Assembly (NCBI GenBank): GCA_026023565.1
Contig: JAPETS010000005.1
Coordinates: 558,001-622,000, forward strand
Origin: Cirrosporium novae-zelandiae
Taxonomy: Eukaryota
Direction of reading: 5' to 3'
Length of the DNA stretch: 64,000 nucleotides
Positions 23,682 through 34,908 of the stretch are shown in pieces. The notes below the pieces were generated by a model, which worked only from the letters and a program-made list of their open reading frames with translations, was not told the DNA's origin and searched no databases. The translations under genes were made by a program, and so were the position numbers. Each line of letters begins with the position of its first letter. Within the stretch, counting starts at the first letter, position 1.

Positions 23682-25858
23682 TTCCGGGACTTGTGAGGTA
23701 CTGTAAGCCAATGGTTTTACAGTAGCACCAGCTTTCTAGAGCTAAGCAGATGTATTGTGAAAGAATAGACAATTTTCCAGATTTATATAGTCTATAGGGT
23801 CGCAGGTTTTGATACCTTAGGCACCAATTTACCCGCCCTATTCAAACCTAAATTCTGATCCTTGGCCTCGCATGATTGCCCTCTTCGATTAGGACAGACT
23901 CATTATAATTTAGTGTGGATCAAATAACCCTGGCCTGTGTTTCATGTTATTCATTGCCCATACCAGGCTGCTCTGGAAGAACTTCCTGTCTTTGACAAGT
24001 CCTAGGATGGCTTTGGTTTTGCATCTGTTTTCCCTCCAAATGCCTCCATATACTTCCATATAGATACACGAATTACGCTATATTCTTCATCTTTCCGAAC
24101 TCTGGGAGGTCAATCTAACCATACATATCATGTTTACATCATCAGTGCATCCATACTTTCCCAAAAGCCTTTTCGCTTTCGTTGTGACACGGGTGAGCCT
24201 CTGAAGGCTCACTGCTGGGTTGTTTTGTGTAAATCCAGCACCTACTCAGGTTCTTCTGGCGCAGATCACCAATGAAGATATCCACGACGGCTATCACAGT
24301 AATGAACATCTCTGGGCCGGCCTCTAATGTTAATGTTCCCTTTGACCAGACATCACCTTGCCCTCCATTGTCTCACGAGAAATGAGACCACCGAGCATTA
24401 TCTTTGAACCGGAGGAGTAGAAAGGCTTACATATGAATGGATATCACGAAGCTGGGAATGGCTGAATACTTAACAGGGGCTTGACCAGGACCCCATGAGC
24501 CTTTTAGAATATAGCCTACGATACAATGCAGGTTCCTCGGCCTTCATGTCTTGTCCGGTCTCTGGCATGTCACCGCATGAGCATGACCTCTTGTCTCAAA
24601 CACTCACCCCGATTGAAAGTGACGGCCCGGGAGATATTCAAGAGTGAAGTCTCTTCGATAATTATCTTTAAATCCCCGATAGGTTGAGTAATGTGCTGCT
24701 GCGCTGGGAGCATGACGTGGTGTAAATAACCTCCCTTCCCAACAACATCCAGCACCTGTTCTCTTTTCAATTATCCTTTACCCCTCCCACATTGAACGTA
24801 TTCCCTTCTTCTTTTACAGTCATAATTAGTCGATTCGTTTATCTTCTAGACCGGCTATTTTCTAATCAATTGACCATCTTTAGAAGATTGCTTATAGCAC
24901 GGACGATCAACCGACCGAGGAAGAGAGGCAAGCTGAGGCGCAGCTCGACAAAAAGGCCATCTGGGCGATCCGACAACTCGCATGCACACCACTGCCAGGC
25001 CCTCGAGATGCGGTCCTAATCTTATGGCTTCATGCTTACATCCTGAACGCGATAAACTATCCAAGAAAATCAAAAATGCTTTCGGTTAAATGATTATATG
25101 GGTAGTCTGGATAGGCTAATAAGGGGAAAGGAAGGACGTTTGTTGTGTCTAATGTCGACCTCAGGGTGAAGTACTATTTTGTATTCTAGAACCCAAAGTC
25201 AAAAAAATTCGTGAGGAACATTATTATTACGTTTAACTCTTTAAATAGATTATTCACTAACAGCCAACTAATTACTTGAACATTTTATCACAAAATCGAT
25301 GAAGACGCGGTTAAGCGAAGGGGTTGAAACATCTTTGGGGTCTGGGCAAGCTAAATAATGTAACACCAACCCACATTCGGATACGTTGTTCATCATATCA
25401 AATCTTTTGACATGTTCTCCGAGATCTATTTCTGACGATAGAACGATTCATAAGCTCTAATCTAGTCGTTTGACGTATAGAATTCGTCAAAAAAAATGAC
25501 ATACCGAAACCTTCTGCTCTCCGTCTTTTTACTTATGATAGCCAAGACGCCAACCCCTCAAACGACAAAGATGAATTTGACTTAACAGTTCAAACATGGG
25601 GATGTTAGTAGTCTTATAAGTAGAGAGAGAGCGTGTCCCGTTTCATTCACCCCAGTTTTGACATTTCCAATCTTTAATTCCTAGCCTTTTGTTGAAGAGC
25701 TTGAAGCTCTCAAGTCTGTCATTGCGATTTAATCCACATCTTTCAAGCATCTTAATTTTTTATCCTTTTATATCCCTTGACTGCCGTGCAGCTTGGATCC
25801 ATTAAGCACAATATATCTGTGTATTAGGGATTGAACCATTACTATTACAAAGCCCGCC

Positions 25859-26702
25859 ATGAAGACTTTCATCCCGACTATTTCTTTGTCACTAGCCGCA
25901 GTCGCTCAGGCTGCCGGCGTCATATACCTCGCAGGAGACTCGACCATGGCATCTGGTGGCGGTGGAGATGGAACCCAGGGATGGGGCGAGTATCTGCAGT
26001 ACAGCGTGAATTTGACCGTCTCGAACGAAGCAGTGGCTGGGAGATCGGCTCGAAGCTTCACTCGCGAGGGCCGCTTTGATGCCATAGCCGAGGAGATAGC
26101 GGAGGGGGATTTCGTGGTCATTGAGTTTGGACATAATGATGGAGGATCCTTCGACGCCGACGATGACAATGGAAGAACCGACTGCCCGGGTGAGGGTAAT
26201 GAGACTTGCAGCACTGTCTACGAGTAAGTTTCCTAATAAGCATTTCCAACATTCCCCCTAGATTCCAACCAAATGCTAATGGGCTCCCGTTCGCAGTGGT
26301 GTATCTGAAACCGTCCTTACATTCTCAGCATACTACCAGAATGCTGCCAATATGTTCTATGACCTAGGTGCCACCGTCATCTTGTCCGGCCCCACCCCAA
26401 ACAATCCCTGGGAAACTGGTACTTTCGAATTCAGCACTTCGCGGTTCACAACATATGCAGAGGACAGTGCGGAGGAAACTTGCTCCGACTTTGTGGACCA
26501 CGGCCAGTATGTCGCCAACGAGTTTGAAACTCTCGGGGCCACCACGGTAGATGACTATTACCCGAATGACCACACGCATACCAGCCCAGAAGGCGCAGAT
26601 GTTGTTGCCGCCGCATTTGTAAAAGGCATCTTGTGCTCAAGTAGCTCTTTGAAGGATTATATCATTAATTCTACTGACACCGTGTCCGGAAGCTGCGTCT
26701 AA
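25859..26702 (+). CDS. rgaeA: Rhamnogalacturonan acetylesterase (SGNH, CE12), secreted
   Basis: Signal peptide; [47 protein letters not shown]; intron 26224..26296. Confidence 0.93.
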
Positions 26703-27365
26703 AAAGGGTTCTTGTATCATATGAGACGTAAGAGGATACATTTGTACATATATACATATAATTCATTGTGCTCTTATGCATCGGCAAGCTATTACCTGGG
26801 ATCCTTCCTTGATTGTTGGCAATGATCCCTTTTTGGATAAAGTAGAACCCAACACCCTAATGATATTAGCGGGTACTCTAAAGCCCTAATTAGGGGAAGA
26901 CTAAGAAAATGTTAATTCGGAGGAGATGATTTTCATGTGTAAAAAGACTACCCCTTACAGCCAAAGATGTTACGAGTAACCAGAACTACCCACCACCCGG
27001 GTATTGATTGCATTGGGACGGATGAAACGAGACAACTGAAAATAGAATTTAAGGGAGCGGAGGGCTGACTAGGTACCTAGGTAGGTAGGTATATAGAAAG
27101 TAAGGCATATAAAATTCCTAAGCAAGTAAGTCACTTGATAGGCTTAGGCCCCCAAGGCATTATCAACAGATCAATGAGTAGAAATAGCAAAAGTTATTTC
27201 GTTACATAAGAGTTACCAGTATTTAGGAACCCCGATTTTCATTATTGCTATTAAGGTACGCTACGGCATTTTGTTGAAAAATACCAACGAAATATCAAAA
27301 AATAACAATCATGATGTAGTCTCGAGGCCCTTGATGACTCTTCTTCCATCCTTCCAACATGTGAA

Positions 27366-28184
27366 CTAAGAATAGAAATCCACCACCAAATAACCCTTAG
27401 CATACTTCGATTGGGAGCATACCTCGCAGTTTGCATCCATCAACTTATCGAGTGCAATTTTGATGTCCCGTCCCTGGGCCGTTTTCTTAGTATCCTTCAT
27501 ATGAATGCATAGAGCATGATTCATCGCCGGCCGTGGAATTTCACTGCAGACCGTTTTATTATGAACCCAATTGTGACAGTATACTGTATCTCCTCTGCTG
27601 TAAGTTGCATCGTCCGGGATTCTCGATTTGATGGTGTCTAGATTATCCCTCAAGGTCAATCCCTCGTCATGGTAAATTTGGCAGAGATTTCCCCACCAGG
27701 TGCGAGAACTACAACCTAAACATTTAGGTACTCGCAGTTGAACATCATCCCTGGCATCCAGCACTGGAGGTTTCCCCAAAGTGCTACCATCCTCAAACTG
27801 CACATAGACATCACTAGGTTCCTCGTTCACGTCCTCCGTAGAACTTGGTGGGCCAAGGTCAGGAGGGGGACCCAACAAGTATATGTCCGTAGGTAAAGTA
27901 CACAGAGACACAGTCGGAGAGATGTCCCTGTCGAGTAAATTTCTTTTGGTCAACGTGGTGGGGATGGAGCGAGAAAAATAAGGATTGCTGTAAGTGCTGT
28001 CGTCGCAATATACAACAGGAGCGTGGGCGGTGGCAGTAGTGGTGCTACCATCTAAAAGGACTGTAGTGAGGACCCTAGGAGACGACTGGGTAGAGATATT
28101 AGTCGTAGACGTAGGTTGAGACTTTGTGGGGTTTCCCGTAGCTGTTATGACCATGATGGCCAGAGCCATAAAAAAACAAGCCAT
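27366..28184 (-). CDS. Secreted KP4 killer-toxin-like protein with long propeptide (272 aa)
   Basis: Signal peptide; LTKR site; C-terminal Cys domain CLGCSS...RIPDDATYSRGDTVYC...LCIHMK...LMDANCEVCS...GYLVVDFY matches the KP4-like pattern. Confidence 0.68.
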   Translation of the reverse strand: MACFFMALAIMVITATGNPTKSQPTSTTNISTQSSPRVLTTVLLDGSTTTATAHAPVVYCDDSTYSNPYFSRSIPTTLTKRNLLDRDISPTVSLCTLPTDIYLLGPPPDLGPPSSTEDVNEEPSDVYVQFEDGSTLGKPPVLDARDDVQLRVPKCLGCSSRTWWGNLCQIYHDEGLTLRDNLDTIKSRIPDDATYSRGDTVYCHNWVHNKTVCSEIPRPAMNHALCIHMKDTKKTAQGRDIKIALDKLMDANCEVCSQSKYAKGYLVVDFYS

Positions 28185-28891
28185 TGTCCTGACGAGGGTG
28201 AAATTTGAAGTTGAGAATCTTGAAAATGTGTGAAGTCGAACGATGTGGAATTGGTTCTGATGAGAATGCCCGCCCTTATATAGATATGATGGGAGCTAAA
28301 TAGGCTTCGATAAAAATTTTGCTGCCTGTCATATCTGCACAGGACAACCTAATATCAGCTGCACTCACATCGGATCTCCCAGCACTCAAATAATATAGAC
28401 AGATCACATTCAATACGCTTAGAGCTAAATGGGTTCAAGCCTTGGATATTGTTGCGTCTTATCAGCATCCTTATGAATAAAAATCATAAAAATGATGACA
28501 TTTCCAGGATCCCATTTGTTAAAGTTCTTATATGATGAATCAAGTACTCAATCCTCAGACATGCTCGTACACATAGGCTTTTCATCAGTGTTGTGAATAG
28601 ACTGGACCAATAGATGGGCTGACCTTAGACCGACCAGACCTTAACTACCCAAAGCCTATTTAATCTATAGAAATAGGAGCTCCGTTCTAGGGAGGGGACT
28701 TTCGTGATGTTGAGGCTTGTCGGGAGGATTAAAGGGATATCTGAGTTCGGGGTGTTCGAATTTCGAGTTTGGTCTGGGGCCAAAAAGGTATAATCTACTT
28801 GGCCCTCGCGCTGAGTATTCTACTAAGTATTATAGGCAGTCAGTCACCTAATTATATAAAAATATGATTGGTCAATAAATGATTATATAAT

Positions 28892-29384
28892 TGTCAGGGA
28901 GCCTTAGGTCATGAAAATACCTAAGGTTCTAACTAATAATATATAGATTGATTGATATCCTAGACTAAAGTGGAGGTTCACTTTATAAAATAAGCCTAGG
29001 ATCTATACCCTAATGGCCTAATTGTTAGGGCATGCCAAGCATCACGTCTACGCGCTTACGAAGCGCTCGCTTGGCGCCTGAGTAATCCTATAAAGAAGAA
29101 CGTTACCCCACGTATTATGGGGGCAGCGTTCAACTTTTGTATCTACCTCAGAGGGCACTCCTAAAGCTATCATCATTTTGGCGTCTCAAATGCGAACCCT
29201 ATAGTATTCTAGTTAGTTAATCACTACTTAGATAGTTATCCTATTACACAACCTGAATTAGGCGCTGCCCTTACATTAATAATATATAGATTAATTGATA
29301 TCTTAGATTAGAGTAGAGACTCACCTTATAAAATAAGCCTAGGGTCTATACCCTAGTGGCCTAACCTAATAGGGAACCGTAACA
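28892..29384. mobile_element. Outer solo LTR (about 235 bp once the inner insertion is removed)
   Basis: Begins TGTCAGGG, ends CCGTAACA; perfect 5-bp TSD ATAAT (28887..28891 and 29385..29389); contains an 84-bp duplication (28938..29021 / 29281..29364). Confidence 0.68.
29023..29275. mobile_element. Inner solo LTR (253 bp)
   Basis: TGTTAGGGCA...TGCCCTTACA inverted termini (9/10); 5-bp TSD CTAAT/TTAAT (one C>T). Confidence 0.78.
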
Positions 29385-29758
29385 ATAATATATAAATTAA
29401 AGAGTTTAGTGTTGATTTTTATAAGATTTTTAAACTTCGCTTGGCGCATGCTATTATGTATTATAAAAATTGAAATAACCTGCTTCTAATTAGACTAGCT
29501 GGGCAATTAAGGTCTAGTGGGTCTATCACAAAGCTCGGTCTGGTCTATTCAAAAGTTTGGTCCAGTTGGTCTAAAGTCTATAGACCGTCTATCTAGTCCA
29601 GTCTATCGACAACACTGAAGACTTTGAGACACATCAAGTCTATATAAACCCAAGCATTCTCCCTTTCACAAGTTCATTTCAGAGCATTCCACTTTGTGGC
29701 GGTTCACTTTACCTAAAACTTCTAGACCTTCCTTTTCAGCCTTCCACCTCAAGCAGCT

Positions 29759-30328
29759 ATGATGGTCTTTACCTCAATTCTACCGCTTCTGGCATTTATT
29801 GTCTTTTCGGCCCCAAGCATTAGCAAACATATCAAACAACATACTCAAACTATCACCAACAGCACAGTCTCCCCTGAATCGACTAGCGGCCCCATTAGGA
29901 ACCGAGACATTATGATCTATCCAGGAGTCGGGGTGGCCCAGTGCAGATACTCGAGCAAGACATCACATGCCCACCAGGCATGCAAGCACATGAAATATGT
30001 CTTTCAATGGGGAAAAGATATTGACGCAGTATTAAAAAGGATAAATGACGATGCTGTTTACGAGCAGAATGAGGCGATTTATTGCAAGATGTTTTTTCAC
30101 AATGAAGCAGTCTGCGAGACTAATTGTCCACCTAATGGGTTTCCGTGCTCCGGAGAACCGTCTTCGATCAGGAACCACCCATTATGCATCACTCTACAAG
30201 GTGCTAAGAATGTCAGCGGAGAAACTGCGAAAAACGGCGTGAGATCGATGGTGGAGGAAAATTGTCCATCATGTGGCGAGGTCCTTTTAGCGGGTGGCGG
30301 CTATCTTCAATTTGATTTCCTGGAATAA
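29759..30328 (+). CDS. Secreted KP4 killer-toxin-like protein (189 aa)
   Basis: Signal peptide; GVAQCRYSS (cf. KP4 LGINCRGSS), RINDDAVYEQNEAIYC, LCITLQ..SGETAK..MVEENCPSCG, GYLQFDF; TATA tctatataaa at 29639. Confidence 0.72.
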   Translation: MMVFTSILPLLAFIVFSAPSISKHIKQHTQTITNSTVSPESTSGPIRNRDIMIYPGVGVAQCRYSSKTSHAHQACKHMKYVFQWGKDIDAVLKRINDDAVYEQNEAIYCKMFFHNEAVCETNCPPNGFPCSGEPSSIRNHPLCITLQGAKNVSGETAKNGVRSMVEENCPSCGEVLLAGGGYLQFDFLE

Positions 30329-31049
30329 CTTCGAAATGCAATACTGGGCTGGGAGTGATGAGGGCAATCGGCATTTGTTCCTGTCAAAATGTGAAGGTGA
30401 TATATAAATCCTAGGTAGTGTGATAATGATAACTACCTAGGTATATACCTTAACTTCGGTTCCTGAACTTCGTAGACTTACCCAAGTAGTAACCGATAAT
30501 AGACTAGATATAAGTACTGGAAGAGTAGAATAGCAATAAGATGACATACTAGACGTCAAAAGAAGTAGATGCAAAAATCGAATGCTGACCTGGACACCTG
30601 CGAAAGCAGCGCTTAATACAGGCAGTATGATGGAATAGCTAGACAACAGTAGTATTGAACTAAGGTGTATAATATGATATTCGCATGCAAAACGCAAGTA
30701 ATGATGATAGCTTTCGAAGTGCTCCTTCTGTAGCTACAAAAGTCGAACGCTGCTTTGATGAACCAAGTAGCGTTCTCCTACATAAAGAATGTACCAAGCG
30801 CCAAGACTCGCCTGCGCGCATAGGAAGCGCACTGGCTTAGCATCCCACGCAGGTCCCAAAATAAATGGGACTCACAAATTCCTTTATTTTAAACTATTCT
30901 TTTTTCCTAGGGAGACCTTTAAACAAAATCAATTTTTATAATTATATTCTAGAGCTTTAGGGATGTTTTCAAATCGAATTGTTCTTGAACTGAAAGTTTG
31001 ATTTTGTTTGGAGGCCTCTTTAGGATTATTTCTGATTCCATTTTTTTTT

Positions 31050-31091
31050 ACCAACTCCCGGTCGGTGACCAACTCTAGGTCGGTTACGTTA
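31050..31091 (-). mobile_element. Single Fot1/pogo-like terminal inverted repeat remnant
   Basis: Minus strand TA|ACGTAA-CCGACCTAGAGTTGGT-CA-CCGACCGGGAGTTGGT: ACGT terminus with two internal direct repeats, as in Tan1/Vader-type TIRs; AT-rich flank; no partner end found. Confidence 0.45.
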
Positions 31092-32011
31092 AATGATTTT
31101 TCCGTAGTACACCTTTTTCTATACAAATTTTTATATGCTATCTCCTGCACTGGCTTCTAATGTCACACGCTAGCAAGGGGGTAATGCTGAAAGGTTTATT
31201 GGTCCAATGATAAAATCTTAAGGCGCAATGTTATTTATTAAAGAATTTGATGCCTGACTCTGCCTGAAAATAGTTATCTGACCTATTATAATCCTTACAT
31301 GACACCCCTACAAGCGTGTGACATTGGAAGCCAGTCCAGAATATCTTTATTACTATCAATACATATAAAAACAATAGTGTGAGGGATAGCACATTTTTTC
31401 ACTAGAAAATTGATCAAACTTTTCATCCCTATGAAAGGCCCAAGAATTTAACTGAAGGCAAATTAATCTCATTCCTTCCGATAATAATGCTTCGTTTACC
31501 ACAGTAATAGGAGATGATTGTGAAGTATAAGAATATTAAAAAATATTTGATATCCCTAGGTTTAGGGGCCAGCCCCGCTGATAGGGCTGAAGGCTGGGTT
31601 GTTCGCCGATCAATTAGCTCACGCGTAGACTTCGTGATCGCGTTTTCTGTCCGCCTCCAAGGTACGTGCACACGCGTGCAATTCATACAATAACTCCCAT
31701 ATGCCACCCCCCCACCTCATTCCATAATTGTTTTAATACAACGAGTTCTAAGCAATGTGCCTTCTTCCTATAGTTTAATTTTCGTTAGCTATACGCGAGA
31801 GGCACGCATTTTTTAAAATTTTACATCATCAGTTCACATCATAATTGCACTTTGACCACTTTCCAGCACTACATCATGCGCTTTGAACTATTTGGATTTA
31901 AAGAATATCTGTGATCTTGGAACTATCTCGAACCTCCTTGTATACATACATATCTACATTCATTGTCTCCCTACATCCGCATAAATCATTACCGGCAACC
32001 GAACTCTCACT

Positions 32012-33710
32012 ATGCCTACCATCACTGTCCGTCCAGGGGATAATCGAAATTTGCAATATATTGCAGATATATTAGGGTCTGCTAAGAAGGTTGTGGCCAT
32101 TTCTGGTGCTGGGGTCAGCACAAGTTGTGGCATTCCGGTAGGTCCTTCACTATTATATGGAGCGGCAGAATTGATGCTCACAATACCAGGATTTCCGCTC
32201 TGAGAATGGCCTCTATACTCTTATTCAAGATCAGTACAATGCAGCAAAAAATAATAGATCGAGCTCAAAGCGACATTCCAGAACATACACCAAGCACTCG
32301 AAACTGCCTTCGAATATGAAAGGAAAGGATTTGTTTGACTCCATGTTGTTCAAGGACCAAACTAGCACCGAAATTTTCTACATGTTTATTGCTGCTTTGA
32401 GGAAGAGGATCCAAGAAGTAGCATCAACAAGCATGACCCACAAATTCATAAGAGTATTACGGGATGGGAACAAACTGGTTCGTTGCTATACTCAAAATAT
32501 CGATGGGCTTGAAGCCAGAGAAGGACTTTGTGACGATTTGAACCTGGGCAAAGGAAATCGTGCCAGGTTTTTTCAGAGAAATGTGGGCAGACCCCGGGCT
32601 GAAGTGGTTTCTTCAACTAGCGAAATGGATGGTGGCTGCGAAGTTGTTCAGCTACACGGCGACATCGACACATTACGATGTACTATTTGTCAAGAAATCT
32701 GTCCGTGGGATAAAAGATACGAACAGCTGCTACTTGCTGGAGAGGTTCCTATCTGCCATTTCTGCTCGGTTAAGCACGAGGATCGAATGGGTCGAGGAAA
32801 ACGCGGACTCGCTATTGGAAACCTTCGACCGAATATTGTACTCTATGGTGAAGAGCATCCTGCAGCAGATCTTCTCGGCTCTATTATAACCAACGATATT
32901 CGACTGGGTCCAGATACCCTTATTATCCTTGGGACTTCACTGAAGGTTCACGGGCTTAAATACATTGTGAAGGAATTTTCTAGGGCTGTCCATGCCAAAG
33001 GAACCGGAAAAGGGACGGTGATCTATGTTAATCGAACCAAGGCCCCGGAAAGTGTTTGGGAAGATGTGATCGATTACTGGGTTGAGATGGATTGTGATGA
33101 CTGGGTTATGGATGTGAAGAAGAGAAGAGGAGACCTATGGATGCGTCAAACCAAATTGGCTGCACCAGTTGAAAAACGTTTGAAGCAGAGCAACGGCAAG
33201 CGACCAAGAGATACGGATGAGTCTACCGCTCAAGATGGAAAGAAAACAGTCACGCCAAAGAAACGTCGGTGTGTAGCATCAAACACATCTTCGATGGGGT
33301 TATCGAGTCCGCTTTCAGAAGTTTCCATCGAAAGCCAAAATATATCCAGTCCAAAAGCACCACGCTCCCAATCGAAGGATAGTACCGAAACCCCTTCTAT
33401 TCCGCCCAAACAGGCTGTTGTTGCGTGTGTCATGCCCTCTGCCTCTAATGGGCAAATTCCAACGCCTCCAGACACTCGATCAAAGGGTAGGCGGGACAAT
33501 TTCGAAGATGCTAAAGAAAAAGAATTGTCGGTATCGCCATGCAAGAGGAAGAGTCAGAGGGGTGCCACGCGGTTCACAGGCAAGAGCAGGTATGCTGCAA
33601 GCACTAATAAAAATATGAAGAGATCGAGCTTCGTAGCGAAGCTGAAGGCATCAAAAATGGACGAAAAAGTCAATACGTTGGTCATTTCTGGGAACAAAAA
33701 CCAGTTATGA
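32012..33710 (+). CDS. HST3: NAD-dependent histone deacetylase, Hst3/Hst4-type sirtuin
   Basis: SGAGVSTSCGIP|DFRSENGLY (intron 32138..32189), KGKDLFD, YTQNIDGLE, QLHG, CxxC pairs, LRPNIVLYGEEHP, LGTSLKVHG. Confidence 0.9.
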
Positions 33711-34908
33711 GGTAAAGGGAAAGTGTAACGGGTATTTGCATGGAATTGGAGTTCTGGTTACTATGATATACTGAATGTATTTGAAGATACCCCAGGTTGC
33801 TCCATTGCTGAAGGGCAAGCATGATCGAGGTGTTTGGGATTGAACCGGTATGGCATAACGTCGATCATTTACGGATATGAAAAGAGTTCAATCAAGGGAC
33901 TAGGGCGCTGAAGGACCTGTCAAGAAAGAAGATAATGTCAGCACGACTTAGATGATCGTGAGATAGTGGTAGAAAATATTTACTGATAGGATAGAGCTTG
34001 GCAAGGCTGTTCAGGGCATTGTCAATCAGTGATAATAATGAGATTGCTGTTACTCAAGTAGTTAAAAGGAGTGAGAATTGTTCGAAACAAATGCCCGAGT
34101 GCTAGAGGCTATATGATTCGGTGCGAGGGTGAAAGTTAGCATTTAATTACCCTCCGAGTGTGTTGGTACTGTAAAAGGCGTTGCCAAATGAAGAGCCTCC
34201 ACGCTAACTCAAATGAGACGCTAGATTTCTCCGGGCTTGAAACATCTCAGACAACAAAACCCAAAAAGTTGGCCAGGTTGATAGTAGGATTGTTATTTAA
34301 TAGCCATTGATTTCTTCTTCAAATAATTAGATCCATCAAAAACCATAAGACGTGAGTTCACTCTGATTAATTTAGTGACTTTGGTTATAAGAAACAGCAA
34401 AAAAGAATTTCAAGTATCACATTGTACACACACAGCTCGGCAACACAGACCACATGGGGAGGAGACGTTAGGCCCCTGCAGCTTTCCCCCGACTCCACGA
34501 GAGAAAGAGAGCGAACCCCCTTTTTGAATTTTGGCCCAGCAGACCACGTCTCTCACCCAGCGGTTCATAATTTCGCTAACATCAACAATTCCTCTCCATC
34601 TTCCCAGGTACTTCTACACCTTCTCATCACCGCCATTGTCGCGGATTCTTTCTTCCTTTCTCTACGATCGCTACCTTTGCACTTGTTACTGGCGAAGGAA
34701 GGAGTATATTTGATAAGGTATGTAGTGGCCTGACTTGAAACCCTGACCTCAGTCTGAGGAAGCTGCATCCACCTTCCTCCTGCAGCTTATTTCCACCTTC
34801 GACTACATCGTGACCTCCAACTGACGTTACACACCTGCCGTCCTAGATACCTATACCTTCATATTTAAGCCCATCGTTGCTTCCTCTACTATCTTCAACC
34901 GCATAAAG

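Larger units (their letters stand above)
28586..29617. mobile_element. Non-autonomous TIR element remnant (hAT-like ends)
   Basis: Terminal inverted repeats CAGTGTTGTGAATAGACTGGAC / CAGTGTTGTCGATAGACTGGAC (20/22 identical); many subterminal AGACC repeats at both ends; no clear TSD. Confidence 0.7.

Noticed and set aside
24200..25073. Short ORFs, possible pseudogene
   Set aside because: No recognisable domain or consistent splice model.
28938..29364. 84-bp direct repeats as paired LTRs or a CRISPR-like array
   Set aside because: Only two copies with no TG..CA ends of their own; better explained as an internal duplication split by a solo LTR. The context is eukaryotic.
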